Origin: Eledone cirrhosa
Lineage: Eukaryota
NCBI GenBank assembly: GCA_964016885.1
Contig: OZ024743.1
Location: forward strand, 250,852,001-250,916,000
DNA: 64,000 nt
Reading direction: 5' to 3'
The translations under genes were made by a program, and so were the position numbers. Below, piece by piece: positions 24,837-37,612 of this stretch (its first letter is position 1; each line of letters begins with the position of its first letter). The notes below the pieces were generated by a model. The model did no database searches, was not told the origin of the DNA, and saw only the letters and a program-made list of their open reading frames with translations.

Positions 24837-25008
24837 TATCAATAAGGATAAATATATATCAAATATATAAGAACCCTAGAGTAAATATTTATTAAAATAA
24901 CAGATTAAAGTTTAAGTAAAGAATCGCTTTTAGTTTCAGAAGATCCCGTTAAGAGTGAAAGCAGCGATTCTTTGCTTAAACTTTAATCTGTTATTTTAAT
25001 AAATATAT
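24837..25008. mobile_element. Minimal palindromic derivative of Penelope family A (variant hammerhead at 24932-24982)
   Basis: Inverted arms about 24885-24928 and 24963-25006, both matching the family A terminus; TA flanks. Confidence 0.85.
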
Positions 25009-25024
25009 ATATATATATTACTGG

Positions 25025-25070
<46 letters not shown>

Positions 25071-25984
25071 AATAATCATAAAGAAGGAGTTCACTATTAT
25101 TTTTGATTAAATTTTCATGTTGAGTTTAAGGATTTCACACTCCATTGATTGCCATTGATTTTTGGTTGTCTGCTATCTCTCTATATCTTTAACAACATGG
25201 TTTTGCTGGAAAACTTACATATAACTAACGCTTGTACAAATAAACTACATGACCATGTACATTGCAAGCCAAACAATACTTCTTTGCTCTGTGTGTTTGT
25301 TCATTGTTTGTCTATATAGCAAACCACCACAATGAGTTATATGGAGACACACCTATATTCAATGGTCTGTCATCATGTGCCATTGAAATAATAAAATGAA
25401 AATTGAGATCTCCTTTCTCTGTATCACTACGTTACAGTGCTTTGCATATGGATTACGTATTGGTTGACTAATGTACCATCTGGTGACTATATGTCATAGA
25501 TTGTATCATGGAGCCTGATATAGACATCATCATCATCATCATTTCATCATCTCACCACAAAATATGCATCATGGACATTTTGTAATTAAAGTAATTATGA
25601 TATCTCACATTTGTATTGTATTATTGATGTAGTTAGCTCCGTCATGAAATACCATATCAAAATTGATAAGATACACATGACGTTGAGTGCTCTTTGTGTA
25701 TTACACCATGATTTTCTTAATCACAACACCTGCTGCCTATTAGGAAATACCCTAAAACATATATATATCATATCCTTTCTTCCGCCTTTTGCCAACTCCT
25801 ACACTGCTCTCACACACTTCTTTCAAAATTGAATTATAAATTTGCTAATGTAAATATTGTGAATTAAATTTACTTTATATAGTACGAGAAACACATTTCC
25901 TTTGTTTCATATTCAATGAAAGAAAAAATCCAGAGGATTGCTAAAAAATTAACTAAAAAATACCACTTAAATGATACAAATGAA

Positions 25985-26129
25985 AATGATAATAATATTG
26001 GAAATAACAATAATGATGATGATGATGATGATAATAATAATGATAATGATGATGATGATAATGATGGTGGTGGTGGTGTTGGTGGTGATGATGATGATGA
26101 TGGCAATGACAACAACAACGACGACGAAT

Positions 26130-26164
<35 letters not shown>

Positions 26165-26172
26165 GATAATAA
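25985..26172. repeat. Mixed (AAT/GAT/GGT/AAC)n trinucleotide tract
   Basis: Visible directly. Confidence 0.9.
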
Positions 26173-26677
26173 TTGAAAAATATAACTGTTGCAGAAAAAA
26201 TGTAGAAATAATAAAAAGAATATTTTCTATCAACATTGAACATTATTTACTTTCTTATTATTTTCTTAATATTTTATAGCTTGGTGTTTTGTCTTATGTT
26301 ATAATATATTATATATATTCTTGATTACAACAGCTCTGTACCACTACTTCTGGAGAATGAAGGAATAATGCTAATCTAATAATCTAAGCAATATAAGTTA
26401 TTTAAAGGAATCAATGATTCCTGAATTTATCAGATTATAGAAATGAAGAAAGTGGGACAAGATTCCATCTTTTGTCATCTTATTATATCAGTATTGTTTG
26501 TGAAGATTTTTTATATATGTGTTTGTTTTTCAATGAAGGGTGAACTATATTTATTTGTTTCATCTGAGAGTTTGTAGTGGAAGTCTTCTGGTAGAATATA
26601 GTTAAAAAGATTCACTACTCATACATGTTTGTGCGTGTGTACATGTATGTTTGTGTGCATGTGTGTATGTGTTTGTG

Positions 26678-26756
<79 letters not shown>

Positions 26757-28034
26757 AAGTATATTTGTGTGCATATGTGTGTCCAACTAGATGTGCATGT
26801 GTGTGTGGTACTTAATATGTAAGGAGTGTGCAGCTGAAAAATATATGATTGAGGAAACTGAAAAAAATAAATATGAATAAAGTGAATTTGAATTACTTAA
26901 TAAGAAGTGTGTGTCCATGTGTATGTGTACGTGTGTGTGTTTGCGTTTATGTGTGTATCTGTATTTGTGTTTATGTCCATGTAATGTGTTTGTGTTGGAC
27001 CTCTGTCAGTCAGTTATGTTACTAAATCCCTCCACGTTCTTGATTTTTCACAAAATTATTTGAAAATCCTGACAGAAAAATTCATTAGATCTGTTAAACT
27101 GTTCATATTTGTTTTACAAAACATTTCATCATAATATCATGTAAGAAAATTTAAGTTCCAAACAAAAATTAATAAGAGAAAAATTAGCTATGTTATTAAT
27201 TCTTGCTTGTTTTCAAAGTTAGGCAGTGTGAAGGATTAGTCACTGATAGTGGATGGTGATACCACCACCAGACATTATGGTTAATTAAGATATAAGTGGG
27301 CTTTATGTGACTGAGAAAATTGGTAATTGGTCTAAATAAGACAAAAAGGACATTGATGTGTGGTCAGATTCAGTGAAAGTAATCCTACTGCATTGTTCTT
27401 CATGCAAAGTAACACATTCTTCAATGTTTTCAATATTATTTGGAAATCATAGTCAGTGTGATTCCTTAAAAAAATCAGTAAAGAAAGGATGAAAGTATTT
27501 ATCTTTATCTAAAAGCCTTCAATCATACATTTGTGTAAAAATATTTATATCCCAAACACCGTTTTAATGAGAAAGTTAGTTATATTACTAACAGTTTAAA
27601 AACTTTTTACTATTATCAAAATTATTTCAACATCATATACAATTAATGGTTTATTGATTCAAACATATATCATCCAAAACTGGTGTTAATTATTTATATG
27701 TACGCCTGTTAACCAGGAACCAATAATCTTCAGATTATTCCTATTCCTCACAAAATTGCCTAGCAAGCTATTTTTACAGCTGTTATCAATGTGTGCATAT
27801 ATATATATATATAAATAACGGAAAGTGGGTGTTATAATGAGAATATGTGTTTGTGTCTATCTGAATGCATATGCCTGTGTGTCTGCTTGTTTGTCTTTTT
27901 TGCTTCAATGCAATCAAACAGCACTTATCTCTTCCTTTCTATGCATTCTTGCATACATAAATATTGACTTTCAATTGTGTTGCATGTTGAGTGCAAATAT
28001 ACAAGCTTTGGGTTATATATGTACACACAGACAG

Positions 28035-28079
<45 letters not shown>

Positions 28080-28407
28080 CACATCTCCCTCTCTCTAAAT
28101 ATATATATAAGTCTTTTAACATCAGCTTTCCCTGCTAGCAAGGATATATATGTATACATAAAGCATAATGATACAAATATTTGCAATATATTTTAAACGC
28201 TAAGCAGCTACAATCTTCAATTGAATTGAAATAAATGGTTATGTCCATGAAAAATCAAGATATTTTGAATTGATAAATAATATCTACACACACACATATA
28301 TACACACATATATACATATTTATATACATACATACATCATATATATATATATATGCCACGACTGGAATTGATCCATCAGCACAGTTGAGGTATGTCAGAC
28401 ATCAATT

Positions 28408-28472
28408 TATTTTATCTGATGAGGACGTACTGAGGAAACAGCACAGTACCTCTGAAATATATATATAAAATA
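28408..28472 (+). ncRNA. Hammerhead-like motif in a short TA-flanked element (about 28355-28520)
   Basis: UAUUUUAU-CUGAUGA-..GUACUG..CAGUAC..-GAAA-UAUAUAU-AUAAAAUA; 8-bp stem I, but the NUH register is off by one. Confidence 0.45.
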
Positions 28473-28513
28473 TATTTGATTACATGAATGTCTATATTTA
28501 TTAATATTTTAAA

Positions 28514-28576
<63 letters not shown>

Positions 28577-28605
28577 GTGGTTACACAACAGTTAGTTCAC
28601 CATAC

Positions 28606-28643
28606 CGAGAACAATTGTTTCACCTTAGCGGATCATCAGCTCG
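28606..28643 (-). ncRNA. Minimal type I hammerhead with palindromic stem III
   Basis: CGAG-CUGAUGA-U-CC(GCUAA)GG-U-GAAAC(AAUU)GUU-CUCG; AACAAUUGUU is self-complementary. Confidence 0.75.
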
Positions 28644-28704
28644 TAATCCGCATGTATATGTGTGTACATCTATCTATCTATCTATATATATATATATGTG
28701 TGTG

Positions 28705-29330
28705 TGTTTGTTTGTTTTGTATATCTAGTAATATATGGTATGTTTATGAATAAACATTTGAACACCTTCAGGTTTGTGGATACTGATGACGTAGAGCCAT
28801 CTAATCTAGTGGATTCCAGCAGAAGCAAGACTGGTTGATGATCATCGTTTTTGACTCTGGTCATTATCAAGACAGTACTCCCTTACCCTGCTCTATGCTG
28901 TAACTCAATATAGGCGAAAACATATAGTTTTGACACCTATGTGTTTGGCTTATTAGCCTCATTTGCATATTGCTAGATATACAAAATACACTCACTTATA
29001 TGTATACTGCTATGTTAAAGTGAATACCATAATTCTATTTTGCAGCCAAGCCAGCTAATAACTCTATATGTAAATAAGGCTAATCAGCCCATAAAAACTA
29101 TATGTTTTCTCCTATAGTGAGTTCCAGCAGAGAGCAAGGTAAGAGGGCACTGTCTTGATAACAACCAGTTACCCACCCTTGCTTCTGCTGGAATCTGCTA
29201 GATGGCTCTATGTCATCAGTTTCCAATAGCTGAAAGGTTTGAAGTGTTTATTTACAAACATACTGCATATCTCTAGATATTTAAAATACACATACTTATA
29301 TGTATACAGCTATGTTAGAGCGAATACCTT
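28705..29330. mobile_element. Diverged foldback element with an internal direct repeat
   Basis: Inverted arms about 28710-28972 and 29063-29290; direct repeat 28973-29028 / 29273-29328. Confidence 0.75.
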
Positions 29331-29489
29331 AATCATAGATATATATATATATACACATACACATTACACACACACATACATATATGTGTGTGTGTGTGTT
29401 CATCATCCCCATTGCCAACAACATCAACAAGAATAACAACGCCACTATCATTACAACCAGCAAAATTATTCTCACCCTCACAAATACGA

Positions 29490-30352
29490 TTACGACCTCC
29501 AGCAAGCCCACCAATGCTACCCCCACTCCCACCACTATCATCACCAAAACTACCATGATCATCGCCACCATCACCACCACAATCACCATCACCACAACCA
29601 CCATTATCATCACCACCACCATCATCACCACCACCACAATCATCACCCACCACCACCACAATCATCACCATCATCACCATTATCACCACAACCGCCACCA
29701 TCACCACAACCCCCACCATCACCATAACCCCCCACCATCACCCCAACCACCACCATCACCACAACCACCATCATCACCACAACCACCATCACCATTATCA
29801 TCACCACTACCACTACCATCATCACCACCACCATGATCATCACCACCACGATCACCATCACCACAACCACCATCATCACCACAACAACCATCATCACCAT
29901 AACCACTACACCACCACCACAACCACCATGATCATCACCACCACCACCACCACAACCACCATGATCATCACCACCATCATCACCACAACCACCATACCAC
30001 CACCACAACCACAACCACCATGATCACCACCACCACCATCACCACAACCACCACCATCATCACTACAAACACCATCACCACCACAACTACCATCATCACC
30101 ACAATCACCACCATCACCACAATCACCACCATCACCACAACCACCACCATCATCACCACAGCCACCATCATCACCACAACCACCATCATTATCACCACCA
30201 TCATCACCACAGCCACCATCATTATCACCACCATCATCTCCACCACCACCATCATCTCCATCACCACCATCATCTCCACCATCACCACAATCACCACCAC
30301 CACAATCACCACCATCACCACAACCACCATCATCACCACAACCACCAACAAC
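29490..30352. repeat. Cryptic (CAC/CAT/CAA)n tract
   Basis: Visible directly; source of spurious poly-G/D/V/T ORFs. Confidence 0.9.
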
Positions 30353-31058
30353 CCTATTTAAACCCCTTAGTTTTACTTGTTTTATATATTCTTTAATGGC
30401 CATATTATATGGAATCATTCAATTATTAAAGCTTTAGCAGTTATTTTGTGGATTGTTCTAGTTGTTTTTATATTTCCACAGGAATTTTATTAAATTCATA
30501 AACTGATGAAGTTTATCTTTTCTTTTTGTTATACCTGGTATTGTCTTTAACCCTCCCTCTCTCTCCCTCTCTCTTTCTCTCTCCTCTCCCTCTCAGCTAA
30601 TCCATCCGCCTGTGTATATGTATCTATCCATCCACCCTTTACTCTTGTATATATATATATTTTATATGTAATAGAATTTTGTTTCAAAGGATAAATTATA
30701 AAGGATATGGAGAGGGTCTGTTAGAGGATTCAAAGTCATTGTGAAAAGAACAGATATGTATGAAAGAGGTGTTATATAAATTAATATTGATGATTCTAGT
30801 TATATACATCATGAAATTACCTTTTAACGAATATATATGGCTTGACATATCTAGTGATGTTTATAATATTTTGTGTTGGTATGCAAATATTCTTTCTGGG
30901 TGATTTTTTATAAGGGTGCTTTGATAAAAATATTTTGAGATCGTCAGTTGTACAGAGGCTACAAGATGTTTAATTACTGCTATAAGACTTTGCAATGGAT
31001 ATAATGATATATTTTTTTTTTGCTTTTATTTCTTAAGTAGTAGTAGTAATAGTAGTTC

Positions 31059-31149
<91 letters not shown>

Positions 31150-31186
31150 TTATATATATATATATTTATATATATATATATATATT

Positions 31187-31259
<73 letters not shown>

Positions 31260-31262
<3 letters not shown>

Positions 31263-31925
31263 TTCTTGCTTACATTAATTTCTCTATTTTCATTTATATA
31301 TTTATACTCGGAATTTTTCCTTGAGTGCTTAAAATTATTTGTGACTAATCCCGGTTTAAAAAAAAAAAAACGCGATAATATTGCTTTATGCTGAACTCCA
31401 TATCTTTTGTTGAGATTTTTTGGAATGTTGTCACTGCTGTTTCTTGTAGACACATTCGTCTCATTCTGACGTCACTAGCCCTGTCTCCATGTGTGTTTAT
31501 TAATTCAATACCACACGAGGTTTGACAAGCCTGCTTTTAAATTCCCCTTTGGAATATTTTAGCTGTGGGTCTTAGTTAACGTTGGTGAGCACTACTGAGG
31601 AACCATGCCAACCGTGACTAACCCCACTGAAAAGTTTCGTGAAATCGTCTTTTTAAGACTATATAGTGCATTTGTAGATTTTTCCAAATTGACGGATAAG
31701 TATTTACTCTTAATTTTATTTTGAGTTAAGATTCTATTGGTTTTTTCCCCGGATTACACAAAGTCTGTGGATAAAATTTCTGGTCTTGACTTGTCTTGAA
31801 TTGAGATTAAATTATTTTCCCATATCTTACGTTAAATATTTTTCATCTTGACGTAATAGTCACTTATATGTCTGAATTAGTGTTGGCTTCTTGCTTACAT
31901 TAATTTCTTTATTTCCATTTATATA
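31260..31925 (+). mobile_element. TA-flanked non-coding element with about 40-bp terminal direct repeats and an internal hammerhead
   Basis: GGCTTCTTGCTTACATTAATTTCTyTATTTyCATTTATATAT near 31261 and near 31885. Confidence 0.7.
31589..31669 (+). ncRNA. Type I hammerhead motif
   Basis: GCACUA-CUGAGGA-[39 nt, poorly paired]-GAAA-UCGUCUU(UUU)AAGACUA-UA-UAGUGC: perfect 6-bp stem I and long stem III. Confidence 0.6.
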
Positions 31926-31939
31926 TATATATATACATA

Positions 31940-32140
31940 CATGGTGGCTGCCAACTCGTTTTCGAGTACGGCCACTACTTTATATCGATGTAGGAGAACC
32001 TCTACCAATGCGCTGAACGAGTGTGACTTTTTAGTCCAGCCAGCGACTTGAAAACTCTGGTACAAACACTACACTTGTGACAATTATTGACCCCTTAGCC
32101 TTTGTCAAGGCAGAATTCTAGGAGAAGGAAAACTCTGATT
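31940..32140 (-). mobile_element. Copy of the 5698-6292 element with an inverted 5' segment
   Basis: 31940-32090 matches 5698-5839; 32088-32139 is the reverse complement of about 6038-6088. Confidence 0.85.
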
Positions 32141-32151
32141 TATACATACAC

Positions 32152-32182
<31 letters not shown>

Positions 32183-32191
32183 TATATATAT

Positions 32192-32372
32192 TTTGGCAGT
32201 ATCGGTAGAGGGTCGGACGTCATGCTTTGACGCATAGAGTTACGGCCCTTGCCATTCTGAGTTCAAATCCCGCCAATTCATCCTTACGGGGTCGATAAAA
32301 TAAAGTACCAGTAATGCACTGGGTATTTGCTGGCCTTGTGCCAAAAGTAGAAAGAATTATTATTATTATTAA
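32192..32372 (+). mobile_element. tRNA-derived Nin-domain-like SINE
   Basis: B-box GTTCAAATCC, TCATCCTTACGGGGTCGATAAAATAAAGTACCAG, (TTA)n tail; related copies at 35350-35565, 37900-37975 and 63545-63600. Confidence 0.8.
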
Positions 32373-32439
32373 TAATTTGAATTCTCGGTCATTAATGTTA
32401 TTTAACCAGAAATTTTGTCCTAATAAATATAAACCTGCA

Positions 32440-34425
32440 ATCCTGCAGCCTGTGATATTCAAGAGGTATCAGTAGGCATGACTTTTGGAGTGTTCCAAAA
32501 AACGGGGCTGGCCTAATGTTCCAATGAAGATAGGGACAACTTTGATCTCATGACAGTCACAAATTCGTTTTAGTTCCCACTTTAGATCCTGGTGCTGGTT
32601 AATTTTCTCCTACTTTTCTTGCACTCTTGTGTCAAAGGGGCAAGCTACATATATAATCAAACAAGATCTTTTTGCTTTGTCAAAAACTACCAGGTCAGGC
32701 CTATTGTGTTCTAATTCTTTTCCTGTTTGTATCCTGAAATTCCACAGCACTATCACCATTTCTCAGAATGAGGTAAATTGTTTAGTTTGCATAAAAGCTA
32801 GTGAATCACTTTTCCTATTATATCATGCCTCCATCTTTTATAGTGAGTTTGGGCTAGGTGTTTACACACGGATACAATGTGAGCCACAGTTTCTTTCTCT
32901 CTCCACAGATTCTACAGAGCGGGCTAGTCTCCTCATTGTAAATAGGATGTTTCATCCACTTTATTCTAAGGAATTGCTCCTGTGCAGCCAGTAGCATTCC
33001 CTTTGTAGCTTTCTTAAGGTTACCCTTCTGTAAGCAATTCCATGTCTGTGGATCTCTGAATTCTGTTTTCTTCAAAAAGGTGTGATGATGAGCTTTTTCA
33101 TTGAGGTTGTTCTTCCTCTATGTTATGTTTTTCTTAGACATACCCTGGTCTATTGTCTCCTTCAATACAGCCTTAAGCATTGCCTCATTACTCACAGACA
33201 CATATTTGTGTAAACAGCTCTTCTCCATCTGAACACAGTCCTCCACACTGGTAAGATCTCTTCCACCTTCAGATCTCTTTAAGCACAGTCTATCAACATC
33301 AACCTTCTTAGGAAACATACTGTAGGTAGCTATTAATTTCCTTATCTTTCTATCCAGTTCTTTTTGCTCATTTACATTCCATTTAAGAATTCCTATACTG
33401 TACCTAATAATTGTTTCTACTTTAGGCACAAGGCCAGCAATTACCCAGTGCATACTGGTACTTTATTTTATCGACCCCGTAAGGATGAAAGGCAAAGTCA
33501 ACCTCGGCGGGATTTGAACTCAGATCGTAAAGGGACGTAACTATGCTGGAAAGCATGGCGTCCGACCCTCTACCAATACTGCCAATCCACCGCCCTAAAT
33601 ATACTGTACCTAATAATAGACACAGCTCGGGAATTTACTGCACTTTTTCTACTATTTAGATGGGATTTAAGTATGTTCCTTATTCTCCTTAGATCTTATT
33701 TAGATCTTATCATCGTCTTTATTTTATTGTCCTTGATGTTCCTTCACTTGAACTCTATACTTATTAATACCAAATTCCATATATATATCATTGCTGAAAA
33801 TACGAACATTGTTAAAAGTACATCCAACTTTTTCTCATGGTAAGCTCTCCTCTTCCCAGTTCATATCCTGCCTTCACTCTTTGCAATACAAGCATATGGG
33901 GGTAAGGACAAACAATAAAGGGGAAAGACTATCTCCTTGGAAGATACCTCTCTTGATTTTTACTCCTCACAAGAATTCTCCCCCTGATGTTAGCTCTGTC
34001 TCCCAGGTCTTCATGCTATAACTTGATAGTAGTCTGGTGTTGTCCACCCCCTTGAAGATTTCCAGACACTTGGTTATTTAAAAATAAGGAGCTATGTTGA
34101 ATACCTTCTTGTAATCTATCCATCCCATGGCAAGATCAGCATGACTCCTCTTGCAGTTCCTTATTATCATCTTGTCAATAAGTAACTGGTCTTTTTTCAC
34201 CATGGGACCTCTTTTGACATCCTTTCTGTTCCTCCAGCAATCAGTTGTTTATGTTGAGGTGGTGGTAGATTTCCTCAGACATAATGCTTGTTAGCAATTT
34301 CCACATCAAGGACAGACATGTGATAGGCCTATAGTTGGTAACATAATTTCCTTTGGCTTGTTTTTTCATTATTAAAACCATGCTATCGTTTGTTAACCAC
34401 TGCAGTATTTCACCTGATACCAGGC
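32440..34425 (-). mobile_element. Decayed R4/Dong-type RLE LINE, second family
   Basis: NYRPITCLSLMWKLLTS, DVDRLCLKRSEGGR, LLAAQEQ..CRIC and RPD motifs in broken frames. Confidence 0.85.
33412..33599 (-). mobile_element. Full-length Nin-domain-like SINE nested in the LINE
   Basis: 18-bp TSD TATACTGTACCTAATAAT at 33394-33411 and 33600-33617. Confidence 0.9.
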
Positions 34426-34429
34426 ATTC

Positions 34430-35335
34430 AGGCAGTGGGTTCGGTGGAAACTCCATCTTAGTTTTCTATAGAGGTTCGATGGTGAGAAAAATGACAATGT
34501 TCTTTGGGAGACTCAGGGCTTTGACTAAAATCAACTGGACACTCTTTTCCAGTGGACTTTCAGTCCAGGTCCATGGATAACATCCAGAAATCCCTGAACT
34601 GGCAGTCATACAGAGGAAATTTGTCAGTTCCAGATAAATTCTACATGTATAGAATTGCTGTCAGCCGGGCCTGTCCAAGATGTGAGCAGAGTGACGAAAT
34701 CATCTTGCATACACTCATCAAGTGTCTGAGTATTGCTGACCTGTGGGTTTAGGTCAAACACCTGCTGTCATATGTGGGATGGATCCGGCTATCAACTGAG
34801 TCTATTGTGAAGATGACTCAACCACTTCCATTAGAGGGGAAGAACAAGCAGTTTTAATCTGCCTGGTAACCATCGCGAAAGAGTTTGTGTGATGGACGTG
34901 CCTGAAAGTTTTGAAGACAAGCGCTTTCTTTTTTGTCAAAAGCCTGATTAACTTTTTCAGGTTTCATCTGAAGAGAAAATTTAAGGTGGAGAGGGAAAGG
35001 CTGCCTTCCAACCACTTTGTTGAAAGGTGGGTGAGAGTGGTGAGCGTGGTCTCAGTTAATGGGCCTTGTCTGTAAATTGGAAGAGAATATCTGAGAGAGT
35101 GCACTTGCCCTAGTGATCAAGTTTACCATGGCTTTTTGTGGGCTTTTTCCATGAGTGACCCTCGGAGGTATCCCCACTTTTTGGGGAATTTGTTATGTTT
35201 TTGTTTTAAATGTTTATTTTTTAGTTTTTGTTATAAATCTTTGCTTCACACAAAAAACCCACACTGTACTGTCTTGTACCCTCCTTATTGTCCTTTTAAT
35301 GTAATCCCTGTGTGGCTAATGGAGAAACCATTCTT
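34430..35335 (+). mobile_element. Tx1/L1-type LINE 3' end
   Basis: zf-RVT-like W..YRGNL.V.DK...CPRCEQSDEIILHTLIKC....LW followed by a T-rich 3' UTR. Confidence 0.7.
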
Positions 35336-35816
35336 TTAATTATCATTAATTGGATTGGCAGTATTGGTAGAGCATCAGACACCCTGCTTCGCTGCATAGA
35401 GTTACAGTCCTCTATGTTCTGAGGTCAAATCCATTTGAGGTTAGCTTTGCCTTTCATCCTTATGGGGTCGATAATACAAAGTACCTGTCATACACTGGAG
35501 TTGATTTATTCCACTCTTCCCTCTCGCAAAATTGTTGACCTTGAGCCTAATTCTTATTACTATTATATATAATCTAAGTAATATGATGGCTGTAGCCTAA
35601 TGATGATTGCGATCCACGTATCAGTAATTGGTGCTGGTCAGTGGTTGAAACACCACGAGATGGTGACATAGAATTACGTGCCTGGTTTAGTTCTTCCTTG
35701 AGTGTTCTGGATCTGGTGATTCAGGTTGATTGGAGGTGATAATTTACATTTACTAAGATTTATGGTTGGCTTTTGTTCAATCTGGATGTATTTATGTTCA
35801 AGTTAAGGCAACCGTT

Positions 35817-35875
<59 letters not shown>

Positions 35876-36479
35876 GACACACACACACACACACATACAG
35901 ACACACACACACACTCACATATATATATATATATATATATATGTATATGCATATCACACCATATCCTGATTATCTCATTGCCAACACATCACACCTTTTT
36001 TAACTAGATGGTAGTAGGAACATAAAGGGAAAGAGTTTACATATCATTGCGTGGGCAAGAGAACAAGAGAACAAGCAAGAGGGAGAAGAAGAAAGAGTAA
36101 GAGTGAGAGAGTAAAAGCAAGAGAGTAAGAGAGAAGAAGAGTGAGAAGTAATGTTGGTACAAAAATCATCAATGCATAGGAATCAAACAAAACAAAATCT
36201 AGAGGAGGGGGTAAATAGATAATAGAATAATACAAAAAATATACACACACACACACACACACATATATATGCATGGTATGTATATATATATATACATATA
36301 TAAGAATACTGCAAAAATAATATAAAAATTATATAAAAACTACAATAATATATGAAAAAATATATAAACAACAAACAAACAACTCAAAAAAATATATGTA
36401 ATAATTGCTCGGAAAAAGCACTTGTCTCCTCTGATGTACTTTCTTTCATATATTCATTCCATCAATTGTTTAGTATCAA

Positions 36480-36548
<69 letters not shown>

Positions 36549-36563
36549 CATATATATATATAC

Positions 36564-36604
<41 letters not shown>

Positions 36605-36609
36605 TATAA

Positions 36610-36679
<70 letters not shown>

Positions 36680-37572
36680 ATATATATATATATATAAAGC
36701 TTTAACAATTACAACATTTGCCCCAGAAAAACACATAGATGCAGAAAGCAGATTTCTGCATGCTTTGCTACTCTTGCTTTGCTACTCTGCTTTCTTGCTA
36801 TCCTTTTCTTTGCCTTTGCCTTGCATCCCTGGCGATGCTTTTAAAGGAGGAATGAAATGAATGAATAGATAAACACATTAATACATGTAATAAAGAGTTG
36901 TGCTGTGCATGTATCGTGTATCGTTTTATTAACGTAACATGTTAAAAGCTCTTGGAAAGAGCAACAACATTAGCATCATCATAAGCAGCAACATTTGAAG
37001 TGAAAGTAGATGAAGGAAGAGAGTAAGGAGAAGAAGGAAGAGAGTGAAAAAGGTAAATAAATAAATATATGTAAGTAAATAAATTAAAAAAAAAAAAATA
37101 AGGGTAAAATAATTGAGAAAGGAAGAGCAGGAGTATGGGTGGGGAGGAGGGGAGAGTGAAAGGGAAGTGATGAAAAAATAAATAGATAAATAGATAAATA
37201 AATAAATAAATGTAAAAATAATTGAGAAAGGAAGAGGAGTGGGCAGAGGAAAGGGTGGATGGGAAGAGGGCTGTGAAAAGGTAAATAAAGAAATAAAAGG
37301 TTAAAATAATTGAGAAAGGAAAAGAAAGTGGAGGAGGAAAGAAAAGTGGGTGATTGAAGAAAAGGGCTTAGAGGATGAGGAAAGGGGTATGTGATGATGA
37401 GAAGGAAGTAATGAGAGAAATATATGATGAAAAGAAGTATTGAAAGGTAAGGAGGAAGAGAAAAGAAATGAATTATAAATTAATGTAAACAATGGCAAAA
37501 AATATAGATAAGTGTACAGAAGAAAAAGCAATATAGCAATATAGCATTATATAATTTACTTATGTGTGTATG

Positions 37573-37612
<40 letters not shown>

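Noticed and set aside
29329-30418. Gly/Asp/Cys-rich or His/Thr-rich structural-protein-like ORFs
   Set aside because: Trinucleotide simple repeat open on both strands, with no unique domain or splice context
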